Source of the DNA: Thermoproteota archaeon | GTDB taxonomy: Archaea > Thermoproteota > Methanomethylicia > Methanomethylicales > Methanomethylicaceae | Length of the DNA: 52,057 bases | Reading direction: 5' to 3' | NCBI GenBank assembly: GCA_030055575.1 | Contig: JASFYL010000003.1 | Span: forward strand, 1-52,057 | Shown here: one piece after another, positions 1 to 9,242 of the stretch | Layout of the letters: each line of letters begins with the position of its first letter | Position numbering within the stretch: position 1 is the stretch's first letter | Program-made: the position numbers and the translations under genes | Notes under the pieces: generated by a model | The model's database searches: none | Told to the model about the DNA's origin: nothing | What the model saw: the letters and a program-made list of their open reading frames with translations, nothing else

Positions 1-1
1 T

Positions 2-118
2 ATGGCTGTACGCGTGCAGAAACGGGTTTACAGATGTCCTATATGCAAGAAGGAGGTCAAGATCGGCGACAGCCAGTGCCCGAATGGGCACGCATTGAAA
101 TGGGAAGGTGTAGTATAG
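2..118 (+). CDS. Small zinc-ribbon-like protein (38 aa, may extend beyond the window edge)
   Basis: MAVRVQKRVYRCPICKKEVKIGDSQCPNGHALKWEGVV*, with CxxC...CxxxH; its TAG abuts the next ATG at 119. Below the ORF-track length cutoff. Confidence 0.6.
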   Translation: MAVRVQKRVYRCPICKKEVKIGDSQCPNGHALKWEGVV

Positions 119-349
119 ATGTCCGAGACTGCGGCAACGAAAACATCTGAACCAGTGACACCAATCGTATCAACAGAGCTGGTACTGGACCGCAATGTCT
201 TGTACCTTTACGTCCTAATCGTGAGCATACTCGGATTGGCTCTGATGTATAGCCTCTATCTGGGCGAAAAGTACCAGACGTTTTCCAGTGCAATAATTAC
301 AGCACTCACCACAATAGCAGGCTTCGCTATAGGAGTCAATACGAAATAA
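119..349 (+). CDS. Small membrane protein (2 predicted TM helices)
   Basis: 76 aa with two hydrophobic stretches; start abuts the upstream stop. Confidence 0.65.
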   Translation: MSETAATKTSEPVTPIVSTELVLDRNVLYLYVLIVSILGLALMYSLYLGEKYQTFSSAIITALTTIAGFAIGVNTK

Positions 350-571
350 GAATAGCGGCAAAGCTACGACCGGACAATCCCCTAGAAAAAGCAAGGTTTG
401 TTGATTGTATTTTGGAAGTTCGATCCGTCGATACAGCGTGATCCAGGGGCGATGCAGACAGCCATTAGTAAATAAAAAAACGAAATTTTGCTTTGTCATC
501 CCAATGCCGTAAAGGATAGCGGTTCAACGATTCATTGGATTGTGCATCAAAAATGCCTGTAAAAACCAAGG

Positions 572-705
572 TGCGGGGAGTGGGATTTGAACCCACGAAG
601 GCCTTCGCCACAGGATAACCCATCCGAAGCCTTCCAAGCCCGGATCTTAAGTCTGGCACGCCCTGAGGGCGCCCTGCCCCGTTGTCCTGACTTGGGGATC
701 CCCGC
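572..705 (-). tRNA. tRNA-Leu(UAA) with two introns (30/31 at 653-672; canonical 37/38 at 617-645)
   Basis: Acceptor GCGGGGA/TCCCCGC, T-arm GTGGGTTCAAATCCCAC, long variable arm. Removing both introns gives a perfect CAGGA-CTTAAGA-TCCTG anticodon arm. Confidence 0.92.
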
Positions 706-788
706 CCTGATTTGATATGCCTGTCAGATATTTAGACTTTAGCGATTACAGAAATATTTATTGGAACATCCCATGTCATTCTGTTGGG

Positions 789-866
789 GGGTCCGTGGCG
801 CAGACTGGACAGCGCGTTGGCCTTCTAAGTCAATGGTCGGGGGTTCGAATCCCCCCGGACCCGCCA
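789..866 (+). tRNA. tRNA-Arg(UCU)
   Basis: GGGTCCG/CGGACCC acceptor, TTGGC-CTTCTAA-GTCAA anticodon arm, GGTTCGAATCC T-loop, encoded CCA. Confidence 0.96.
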
Positions 867-1393
867 TCAAGCTTTTTTGTTCGTGAAAATGGATTTGATA
901 AGAAAGAGTTTTTTAACAATGGGAAAGGCAATTATATCACCAAGAGAAACCAAGAATGCATTTGGTAGAGTTCTTCACAAAAATGTTCCTGAGCATTTTC
1001 AAGAGCAGGGAACATGATTCCCGAAGCATTGAAAGATGATAAGAGCCAAATTTTGAAACTCAAGGAATTAAGCGCGGAAAGATCTTTGGAATGCCAAAGT
1101 ACGACCACCACCAACAAAAAAGGGAAGGACAGCCATGCGCTCCAGTAAATGTGCTTGTCTTCAGGAGATAGAAAGGCTACTCAATGAGCCACTATCGAGA
1201 CTCGTCATTTTGGAAGATCTAGTAACCGCATATGCGAAACAAAGATCAGACGTGCCAGGGTACCAAGTCCCAAAAAATTATGAGCGCGCAATCTGATCGA
1301 TTAGCCGACTACAATTCAATAACGCCAAGAGCCACAACAAAAATCAAAAAAATTATGTAGTAATAATTATAACTTAATTTAAACATATTCTAC

Positions 1394-1450
1394 TTACTGT
1401 GGCGGCTTTGTCTGCTTCTTCTTCTCCTTCTTTGGAGCTGGAGTTGACAT
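1394..1450 (-). CDS. Possible 18-aa Lys/Pro-rich micropeptide
   Basis: MSTPAPKKEKKKQTKPPQ*, with GAGG 7 nt upstream of ATG in an otherwise AT-rich gap. Confidence 0.25.
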   Translation of the reverse strand: MSTPAPKKEKKKQTKPPQ

Positions 1451-1682
1451 TTTTTCGCCTCTTAGGGGGTGACCCCCCACTTATGCAGATTATTACGGTT
1501 CAGGATATAAGGATTTTGAATAATTTTTTTAAAGGATCACCTAAACAGGCTCCAAAACGCAATAAAATCGGCAACGATTTAAACCTCAACATGTGGAATA
1601 GACAGAGTGTCCGCGCATTCTCGAAAACGCATTAAACAAACCTTATAGGAGGGTTAGTAATCAAAGGATTGAGGTGACTACG

Positions 1683-1880
1683 ATGCCGGAGGGCAAGTTT
1701 GCAAATAGGGCAGAAGCCAAGCAGGGTGCAACGCAGCCAGCGATAGACCTGAAAAAGATGACCTGCAAAGAATGCGACCTTTTCACGGCGATGGGAAAGA
1801 GCGGACAGGGATACTGCAGGAAGACTGCTGCAAAAAAGAGCGCCACAAGCAAGGCTTGCAACTTCTTCAAGAAGAAATAA
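1683..1880 (+). CDS. Small Cys-rich basic protein (CxxC-x13-C-x13-C)
   Basis: GAGGTG SD-like motif before ATG 1683; 65 aa with four Cys and a Lys/Ala-rich tail. Confidence 0.7.
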   Translation: MPEGKFANRAEAKQGATQPAIDLKKMTCKECDLFTAMGKSGQGYCRKTAAKKSATSKACNFFKKK

Positions 1881-1895
1881 CGCTGAGATTACGGC

Positions 1896-3260
1896 TCAGA
1901 AACTTGGTTCCAAGTGTATTGAGACCGACTCTACTGCGTGGTATTTGGATCTAAGCTCTGCTTCGATTTTCGTGGCAATGCTGTGGGCGTCTTCTAAGGA
2001 GATTTCCTTTCCGAACAGGCAACAGAACGTTACTGCGAACTTCCCAGAGATCTTCTTTACATCCAAGTCCCTCGTACATGCCACTTCTGGAAACCTCGCC
2101 ACGATTTCCTTCAGGGATTTTTCCAGTTCGTTCCGCATGGAAACGGCGGTTTCGCTTGAGTTGATGTTGTTCCTAAATGGCTCTATGTGGGATGTAACGT
2201 TGGATATACGCCCGTCCAGGCGCTTTATCCGTTCCTCTAATCCGGTCGCAACCTCGTGCGCCTTTTTTAACTCCATTTCTTCCACTTCTATGTCGAACTC
2301 CACATCAATTCTGCTACCCTGCTCCGAGACCTGTATGTTGCTTATGCTCCGAACATCTTTAGTCAGCATCGCCTCATGCCTGATCTTCTCTGTAAGCGTT
2401 AGATCATGCTTAGAGATCGGTTCTGCATGAACCACGACATCAGCTCCTGGAACCGTTGACTTGATCTTGTCAACGACCGAATCGGTCAAATTATGGGCTT
2501 CCTCTAGGTTCAGATCGCCATCTACGTTTACATCGAGATCGACGAACGTTTTTGGCCCACACTCGCGTACTCTGACTCTCCCGACTTTACGAATCCCGTC
2601 GACTGATTCCGCGCTTTCGACAATTCTGTCGATAACTCCGTAAGGTGCCCCGTCCATAAGGGTGTGGACAGATTTTTTTAAGATACGATATCCGATGAAG
2701 GCGGTAACGAATGCCACCCCGATGCCCGCATATGAATCGAATGCGACGTAGCCCATCATTGTTGCCAATATACCTATTATTACTACCGAAGACGATATGA
2801 GATCCGTAGAGAAGTGTATCGCGTCCGCCTCCAGGGCTTGGCTTTTGTACTCTTTGGCAGTCCTCATCAGTGCACGGGAGCGGCTAAAATCGATGATCAT
2901 TGATATGCCCATGACAAACAGGGCAGATAGCCCGAGATCAACTTCAACTTCCTTGAACAAAAGCCGGGATACCGCCTCATACAAAATCCACCCGCAAGTC
3001 ACGAATAAAAGGGCAGTTTCCACAAGGCTCGCCAAACTCTCCACTTTTCCATGACCGTACATGTGATCAGAGTCGGGCGGAGAGTCGGCTATCCTGACCG
3101 CGTAGAAGGTGGTGAATGCTGCGATCAAGTCAATCGCGGAGTGGAGGGCTTCACTAAGGACGCCCAAGCTGTTTGTCACAATGCCGACCACTAACTTCAT
3201 GGAGGTGAGGGCTACCGCCGCCAGTACAGAGGATAGGGCAACCTTCTGCTTCTTTGACGT
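1896..3260 (-). CDS. Cation diffusion facilitator (FieF-like) with repeated C-terminal dimerisation domains
   Basis: SEALHSAID, HMYGHGKVE, ALEADAIHFSTD and VHAEP/SHIEP/IHLEP motifs. The first ATG is at 3200 but TM1 lies upstream; inferred start is ACG at 3260. Confidence 0.88.
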   Translation of the reverse strand, partial: TSKKQKVALSSVLAAVALTSMKLVVGIVTNSLGVLSEALHSAIDLIAAFTTFYAVRIADSPPDSDHMYGHGKVESLASLVETALLFVTCGWILYEAVSRLLFKEVEVDLGLSALFVMGISMIIDFSRSRALMRTAKEYKSQALEADAIHFSTDLISSSVVIIGILATMMGYVAFDSYAGIGVAFVTAFIGYRILKKSVHTLMDGAPYGVIDRIVESAESVDGIRKVGRVRVRECGPKTFVDLDVNVDGDLNLEEAHNLTDSVVDKIKSTVPGADVVVHAEPISKHDLTLTEKIRHEAMLTKDVRSISNIQVSEQGSRIDVEFDIEVEEMELKKAHEVATGLEERIKRLDGRISNVTSHIEPFRNNINSSETAVSMRNELEKSLKEIVARFPEVACTRDLDVKKISGKFAVTFCCLFGKEISLEDAHSIATKIEAELRSKYHAVESVSIHLEPSF

Positions 3261-3321
3261 ATCTTGAGCCTCTCTAAGAGATTTTAATAAAAAAGATAAA
3301 AAGGTTTCTGAAATTTTAAAC

Positions 3322-3759
3322 TCAGATATCCATCAAATTGAGGGCCGTGGTTTCGTCGTATTTTCTGCGTATGTTCTGCCTAAATGCCCGCAAGTGTGCT
3401 TCTCCCGCAAAAACGAGCGACCCCTCTGCCAGGTGACCGCCGAAGCACCTGCCATCCTTGTCTGCGAGGACCACATGGCAGTGGACGACCGTCTCACCGT
3501 CTTTTGATGCGATATTTCCGATCCCTGAGGCAATTTCTAGGGGCGTATCAAAAGTGTTTTTCCAGTACCTTTTCTCATCCTGCAGATAGTAGTACAAGGT
3601 TGCTTTCTTCAGTGCGCCTATAACTGTGAATACTCCAGCTCCGATCCTCAGCCCCTCCGCGGCATCCCTGATCGAGACCAGCAGGTCGGAATCGTGAGGG
3701 ATCTTGATAAAATATTCCCCAGCAAAATCCACTTCTCTTATCCCCAAATCACTCACCAA
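3322..3759 (-). CDS. PPC/DUF296 domain protein
   Basis: IGAL..., LEIASGIGNI, VHCHVVLAD, FGGHL and VFAGE motifs. Confidence 0.9.
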   Translation of the reverse strand: MVSDLGIREVDFAGEYFIKIPHDSDLLVSIRDAAEGLRIGAGVFTVIGALKKATLYYYLQDEKRYWKNTFDTPLEIASGIGNIASKDGETVVHCHVVLADKDGRCFGGHLAEGSLVFAGEAHLRAFRQNIRRKYDETTALNLMDI

Positions 3760-3810
3760 AATAATTATCTTTTTGGGCGCAAAAATGGTTTTACCCGTCT
3801 GGTGTGGCGC

Positions 3811-4887
3811 TTGCTCTTCTTCGTCCTTACAACTGGGAGGTGCAACCTCCTTTGCAAGTACTGTGGTGGGAGCTTCCCTGAGAGGCTTGTGCCTACCAGA
3901 CCGACTTACGACCTGCTGCTACTGAAGGAACTGATTGAGAGCGACAGTAACCCAGCAGTAGCTTTCTATGGCGGGGAGCCGTTACTACAACCCAAAGTCG
4001 TAAAAGAGGTAATGGACAGAATAGATGCAAAGTTCTTGATCCAGACCAATGGCACTCTTTTTGAAGGGCTCGAATGGGAGTACTGGAAAAGAATGGATTC
4101 GATCCTCCTCTCGATCGACGGAACCAAGGAGACAACGGACGGCTACAGGGGGGAAGGAACCTACTCTAAGGTGGTCTGGGCTGCAGAGCAGCTTAGGAAA
4201 AAGGGATATAGCGGGGATCTCATCGCCAGGATGGCCGTATCGGAGAAGACGGACATTTATAGAGATGTGTGCCACCTCGCAGGGCTGGGGCTTTTTGACC
4301 ACATACACTGGCAGTTGGATGTTGGATGGAGCGATTCCTGGACGGATTTTGAAGGTTGGTGTGCACGCAGCTACGAGCCCGGGATCCTCAGGTTAATCGA
4401 CCTCTGGATAAGAAGGCTTAAGAGGGGTGAAGTAATGGGGCTCGTTCCGATATTGGGGATACTAAAACGGCTCAGAGAGCCTTGCACAAACCCCCCTTGT
4501 GGGGCAGGGGTAGATTCGATAGCAGTCATGCCAAATGGGGATCTCAGGGCATGTCCAATCGCATACGATGCAGATTGGGCATTTCTAGGAAGAATCGGGG
4601 AAACCGACCTACGCGAGCTGATCTCCAAGCTGAGGAGGTGCAGGATAACAGGGGAGTGCCTAGCATGCAACCATTTGAAGGGCTGTGGAGGCAGATGCCT
4701 GTACATGAACAGGGAGAGGCTCTGGGGGCAGAGTGGCTTCAAAAAGATATGCGAAGTAACTAAATTTACCATCGATGCCATAGCCGAAATCCAACCTGAG
4801 GTTGAAGAGGCGTTGATCAGGGATGATGCGATACGTCAATACCTCGACTACCCAAAATACAACAACAGTACAGAGATCGTTCCATAA
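3811..4887 (+). CDS. Radical SAM/SPASM protein (resembles the AF0577-type putative peptide-modifying family)
   Basis: CNLLCKYC (CxxxCxxC), FYGGEPLL, CGAG, CPI, CxxC-x5-C-x3-C (CLACNHLKGCGGRC), C-terminal YPKYNNSTEIVP. Likely TTG start after GGTG. Confidence 0.88.
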   Translation: MLFFVLTTGRCNLLCKYCGGSFPERLVPTRPTYDLLLLKELIESDSNPAVAFYGGEPLLQPKVVKEVMDRIDAKFLIQTNGTLFEGLEWEYWKRMDSILLSIDGTKETTDGYRGEGTYSKVVWAAEQLRKKGYSGDLIARMAVSEKTDIYRDVCHLAGLGLFDHIHWQLDVGWSDSWTDFEGWCARSYEPGILRLIDLWIRRLKRGEVMGLVPILGILKRLREPCTNPPCGAGVDSIAVMPNGDLRACPIAYDADWAFLGRIGETDLRELISKLRRCRITGECLACNHLKGCGGRCLYMNRERLWGQSGFKKICEVTKFTIDAIAEIQPEVEEALIRDDAIRQYLDYPKYNNSTEIVP

Positions 4888-4932
4888 AGCAAATATAATA
4901 ATAAAATATTAGAAAAATACGGGGGCTAATTC

Positions 4933-5361
4933 TTGAAAAGAGTAAAGGATCTTATGTCGAAGAGTGTGATCACAGTGAACAAGGAGCAGACTGTGGTGGA
5001 GGCAGCGAAGATTTTGAGTGAGCGGAACATAGGATGTCTTGTGGTCATGGATAATGGAAATCCGGTGGGAATGCTCACCGAGCGAGACATAATCACAAGG
5101 TGCATAGCCTCTGGGTGCGACCCCGCAAAGAAAAAAATCGGCGAGATAATGTCTTCTCCGGTGATAAGCGTCGAGCCGGAAACGACCGTCGTTGACGCGG
5201 CAAGGCTCATGGTAAGCAAGATGATAAGGAGGTTACCCGTGACCGAGGGCAATAAGCTTGTTGGAATTATAACCTCTTACGATCTAATTAAAGAAGTCTC
5301 TAAGGGCAAAAGGAAAGAAGACTCGTTGATTTATCTTGCCGCAGAATACGAGGTCTTTTAG
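4933..5361 (+). CDS. CBS domain pair protein
   Basis: VKDLMS...VITV, IGCLVV, VGMLTERDI, IRRLPV, LVGIITSYDL. Confidence 0.93.
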   Translation: MKRVKDLMSKSVITVNKEQTVVEAAKILSERNIGCLVVMDNGNPVGMLTERDIITRCIASGCDPAKKKIGEIMSSPVISVEPETTVVDAARLMVSKMIRRLPVTEGNKLVGIITSYDLIKEVSKGKRKEDSLIYLAAEYEVF

Positions 5362-5701
5362 AGACCGATTTCCTTTCTTTTTTAAAGTTTCCGAAAGATA
5401 TAGAAGTCCACGGATCCGGCGCTTTGTTAATGTTTTTCAGAGTAGTCGAACATTGTAAAAGTAGATAATTCAAACAACCAGACCGGCAAAAAGTTTGCCA
5501 GATTCAACTTGTAGCAGATTAGGACCTCATCTCTATATAACGACCCTGATCACTAATCTGTTCATCTCTGCAGTCCTTGAAGAGCACCAGATACAACTTG
5601 AGGGACTCGATCTGACGCCGCCCTAACAAACGGGCACCGTTCCGAGTGCAAATTTAAATCAAAAAGCGTTTACCAAACATCTTTGACGCCTAAAGTTTCT
5701 T

Positions 5702-5777
5702 TGGTGGGCCGAGCCGGATTCGAACCGGCGACCACCGCCGTGTAAGGGCGGGATCCTAACCGCTAGACTATCGGCCC
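5702..5777 (-). tRNA. tRNA-Val(UAC)
   Basis: Reverse complement GGGCCGA...CCGCC-CTTACAC-GGCGG...GGTTCGAATCC...TCGGCCC-A-CCA. Confidence 0.96.
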
Positions 5778-5811
5778 TCCTACAAGCGTAATCGCTTTCA
5801 GGTTTAAAACT

Positions 5812-6315
5812 TTATCCTGATTCCTGAAGGTTCTCCTCGATCTCGCGGATCTTCTTTTCCAATATGAAGATTATCTCCTGATTGTTCAGACTCTCAAGCT
5901 TTCCTCCACACGTCGGACATTGGAAATTTGTCTCCATGGCATCCTCGAAGGAGAGCCTGAGGCTGTCCTTAGAACATACGAAGAAAACATTACTTGTCTC
6001 GTACTGGAGCCGCTCTTTCAATCGGTTCAAGATCTTCTTCTTCTTCGAGTTCAAAAGTATGTTTAATCCAGTTTTGTTTATCCTCCAATAGTATTTGAAC
6101 CACCCTGCTTCCTTATCCCTGACGCGCCTATAAGATACCAAATTCTGCTCGAATAACTGATACAGCAATTTACGTAGGTTATTGAGCTTCATTCCCGTCT
6201 TTGCGATGAGCTCGTCATCAGTGGTCTCTTCTTGCTCTGACAGCAGCTGGATGAGTTGGACAGCTTCCTCACCCACCAATTCCTTGACAATGGCTGCCAG
6301 AGCCTCGTTTGGCAT
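5812..6315 (-). CDS. tfe: Transcription factor E alpha (TFE)
   Basis: wHTH (TDDELIAKTGMKLNNLRKLLYQL...GWFKYYW) plus zinc ribbon FxC...FQCPTCG. Confidence 0.95.
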   Translation of the reverse strand: MPNEALAAIVKELVGEEAVQLIQLLSEQEETTDDELIAKTGMKLNNLRKLLYQLFEQNLVSYRRVRDKEAGWFKYYWRINKTGLNILLNSKKKKILNRLKERLQYETSNVFFVCSKDSLRLSFEDAMETNFQCPTCGGKLESLNNQEIIFILEKKIREIEENLQESG

Positions 6316-6445
6316 CAATCCTCACCGCATCATCGTTTCTGACCTGGCTAATACACTAGTGAACCACTACTCTGAAAAAGCTTTTCTTCTGCACCTAATC
6401 CTTTCTTCGGAATAGCTTACTCTGAAGGGCTAGCCTGAAAGTTTT

Positions 6446-6994
6446 TCATTTGTCCAACTCTTCGACGACCTTGCCCCTCTCGGATGCCACGATGCGAAGC
6501 TTTGCATTTTCAAATTTGAGATTTTCCCACCTACCGCCGGTCACCCTGTCCAAGAAGACAGCTATTGCAGCCACTTCGGAGTGCGGTTGGCTGCCGACGG
6601 CGATGTTGAAGTCGGATAGCGAGAAGTATTCAGGAGGGACCTTCTCTCCTCCAACAACGACCAACAGGTCTTTTTCTTTCGGGATCCGCAATACAGTTTC
6701 ACCTAGCGGGAGACCGTACATTGTTAAATGCGCAACGCAGCCTCCCGACGCCTTCCAATCGTGGACGGCTTTCAGCGGGCTCTTCACAAACTCAACCCAA
6801 AAGCCCCCGCCCCATACCCTCACGATCTTCTCTACGGATGACCTAAGCGAAGGGTCACGCGTACCGGAAATGTAGACTCCGCTGGCCCCGAAAGCCCTTG
6901 CAGTCAAGCACACGTGGGTCGTGATCCGCTTATCCCTGAATGCCCTGTGACCAAGCCTCAGGACAACAATACTTCTGGGGGGCATCATGTACAC
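6446..6994 (-). CDS. trm56: tRNA (cytidine-56-2'-O)-methyltransferase
   Basis: LRLGHRAFRDKRITTHVCLTARAFGA, HLTMYG, VGGEKVP, QPHSEVAA. Confidence 0.96.
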   Translation of the reverse strand: MYMMPPRSIVVLRLGHRAFRDKRITTHVCLTARAFGASGVYISGTRDPSLRSSVEKIVRVWGGGFWVEFVKSPLKAVHDWKASGGCVAHLTMYGLPLGETVLRIPKEKDLLVVVGGEKVPPEYFSLSDFNIAVGSQPHSEVAAIAVFLDRVTGGRWENLKFENAKLRIVASERGKVVEELDK

Positions 6995-7022
6995 CTGGAG
7001 CTGGTCTTTCAGGAGCTTCGGT

Positions 7023-7517
7023 TCAGGACTTTCCGTCTTTAAGCACAGCGATATCGCCCAAGGTTGTACCTGATGGTAAGGGTGACTGCACGGTGTCGAC
7101 TCGCTCCACGGTTGTCCTGAGTCTGATCTTGAGGAGGCGCTCTATCCTCTCGGTGAGGGAAGCGTCCGGATACATCTCACCGCCTTCGATCCTCCTGATC
7201 ACAGACTCCTTCTCCCCCAGCCGCTTTGCCAGCTCGTCACGGCTCATCCCAACGCGCTCCCGTGACTTCCTGATCATCTCACCGTAATTCTCTATAAGGA
7301 TGAACTCCTCAAACTTCTCCTTGGGTTTTTTGATTGTGAGTCGCTTAGGCCCGGGTCTAGGACTAGTCGTTTCGAATCGCTTGACCGTCGCTTTATCAAC
7401 CTTAGTCCCGAACTTAGAGCATTCTTGACAGACTAGCAAAACGGACCGCTCGATGGAGACCCGGGCAGGGAATCCGACAATTTTTTTGCCGCATACCTCA
7501 CAATTCATAAAAGCCAC
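7023..7517 (-). CDS. mbf1: Multiprotein bridging factor aMBF1
   Basis: N-terminal CEVCG...VCQECSKFG zinc ribbon plus Cro-type HTH; TLGDI C-terminus. Confidence 0.93.
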   Translation of the reverse strand: MAFMNCEVCGKKIVGFPARVSIERSVLLVCQECSKFGTKVDKATVKRFETTSPRPGPKRLTIKKPKEKFEEFILIENYGEMIRKSRERVGMSRDELAKRLGEKESVIRRIEGGEMYPDASLTERIERLLKIRLRTTVERVDTVQSPLPSGTTLGDIAVLKDGKS

Positions 7518-7579
7518 TGTTCCGAATCTAATGCAGTAGAGGATAAATCTAAACCTATCCCCAGCGAGTGTAGGGAGAG

Positions 7580-8767
7580 ATGGCTGAAAATATTAGCTTG
7601 AAGGAAGACAGCACTTACCTGCTAATGCAGATAAAGAAGCTTGAGCAGAGAGCACAAGAGTTGGAAGCTGAGAAGAGGGACTGGATCTTCGAAAGGGAGA
7701 GGCTCCAGAGGGAGATCCAGTTGCTCAGGTCTGAGATAGAGAAGATCACCGTTCCGCCATATATTGAGGGATATGTCACTGACATTCTCCCTGACGGTCG
7801 CGCGGTGGTCAAGAGTTCAACTGGACCGTCATTAGTCGTTAACGTAATGAGGACCGTCGATGCCTCCCAACTTGTGCCTGGCAAGAGAGTGTCGCTTAGT
7901 CAGAGGAACTTTGCGATTATAGAGGTCTTACCGGACAACCTCGATACTTATGTACAGGTCATGGAGGTAGTCGAGTCCCCAAAAGTCTGTTATGAAGAGA
8001 TCGGAGGGCTAGACGAGCAGATACGGGAGCTCAGGGAGCTCGTCGAGCTGCCGCTTATCAACCCGAGGATCTTCGAAAAGATCGGCATAGATCCGCCAAA
8101 GGGGGTCCTCCTTTATGGACCGCCGGGATGCGGGAAGACTCTCATGGCGAAAGCGGTGGCAAATGAAACGAAGGCTAGGTTCATAAAAGTGGTGGCATCG
8201 GAGCTCGTCCAGAAGTACATAGGCGAAGGTGCTAGGATGGTCCGAGAGCTCTTCCAGATGGCAAGGGCAAAGTCCCCTAGCATAGTCTTTATCGACGAAA
8301 TAGACGCAATAGGTAGTCGAAGAGGGGACATAAACATCAGCGGGGAGAGGGAGGTCCAGAGAACCCTCCTCCAGTTGCTCAGCGAACTGGATGGATTCAG
8401 TGCAAGGGGGGACGTAAGGATCATCGGGGCAACCAACAGGATAGACTTGCTCGACCCTGCGCTGCTGCGCCCAGGCAGGTTTGACAGGATTCTGGAAATA
8501 CCGCCTCCCGATGTCAATGGCAGGGAAGCCATCTTCAGGATCCACCTCTCGAAGATGAACATCTCCGATGATGTGAGTGTAAAGCGCCTCGCCTCACTAA
8601 CAGACGGGGCTACCGGTGCCTCAATAAAAGCAGTGTGCACCGAAGCGGGGCTTTTTGCAATCAGGGAAGGCAGGGATCAGGTCGCGCTTGAAGACTTCAT
8701 TAGGGCGATCGGCAAGGTCCTGAGGAAGGAGGGAGTAAAGAGTGCCCCGAGCGGGACCTACATTTGA
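7580..8767 (+). CDS. pan: Proteasome-activating nucleotidase
   Basis: Coiled coil and OB domain, GVLLYGPPGCGKT, SELVQKYIGEG, IDEID, ATNRIDLLDPALLRPGRFDR, C-terminal HbYX motif (TYI). Confidence 0.97.
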   Translation: MAENISLKEDSTYLLMQIKKLEQRAQELEAEKRDWIFERERLQREIQLLRSEIEKITVPPYIEGYVTDILPDGRAVVKSSTGPSLVVNVMRTVDASQLVPGKRVSLSQRNFAIIEVLPDNLDTYVQVMEVVESPKVCYEEIGGLDEQIRELRELVELPLINPRIFEKIGIDPPKGVLLYGPPGCGKTLMAKAVANETKARFIKVVASELVQKYIGEGARMVRELFQMARAKSPSIVFIDEIDAIGSRRGDINISGEREVQRTLLQLLSELDGFSARGDVRIIGATNRIDLLDPALLRPGRFDRILEIPPPDVNGREAIFRIHLSKMNISDDVSVKRLASLTDGATGASIKAVCTEAGLFAIREGRDQVALEDFIRAIGKVLRKEGVKSAPSGTYI

Positions 8768-9242
8768 GACCCCCACTTCAGAAGAGCTGAGGAGGCTTAG
8801 GGGGGTAGCGGATTATCAGTTCGGGAGGGGTGCTGGTGACGCACTCTTCCCCGATGGGATTCAGGTGATCAGGTCTAAGAAGACCGGCAAGATCAAGGGC
8901 ATTCTCGTCAGGGGTGAACTCATCGCAACACTCAAGCCCTCTGACGGATACCTGGCTTTGAGCATAGCGGGGGGAAAGGCGCTAATGGAGGCACTTCCTC
9001 CGCCGAAAAGCAGGGTGGTGGCGATGGACGAGGTATCTGATTTTATCAAGGAGGGCAGGAACCTGTTCGCTAAGCATGTGGTAAGCGCAGACCCAAACAT
9101 CAGACCCGGGGATGAGGTGGTTATAACGAATTCCAACGGTACGCTGTTGGCCGTGGGAAGGGCTGTGCTCAATGCGAGAGAGATGAAGTATTTTAAGACA
9201 GGACTTGCAGTAAATGTTAGAAGAGGAAACGGCTCCGAGTGA
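8742..9242 (+). CDS. PUA-domain protein (pre-PUA+PUA, like the C-terminus of archaeosine TGT)
   Basis: ADYQFGRGAG, SKKTGKIK, GRNLFAKHV, IRPGDEV, LAVGRA. Confidence 0.88.
   Translation: MPRAGPTFETPTSEELRRLRGVADYQFGRGAGDALFPDGIQVIRSKKTGKIKGILVRGELIATLKPSDGYLALSIAGGKALMEALPPPKSRVVAMDEVSDFIKEGRNLFAKHVVSADPNIRPGDEVVITNSNGTLLAVGRAVLNAREMKYFKTGLAVNVRRGNGSE

Noticed and set aside
870-1300. Short ORF fragments downstream of tRNA-Arg (43, 44 and 53 aa)
   Set aside because: No recognisable motif and no tRNA 3'-end duplication; may be a decayed insert but this cannot be supported.
5362-5700. Non-coding gap downstream of tRNA-Val as an RNA gene or integration scar
   Set aside because: No RNA-family motif, long hairpin or att repeat found.
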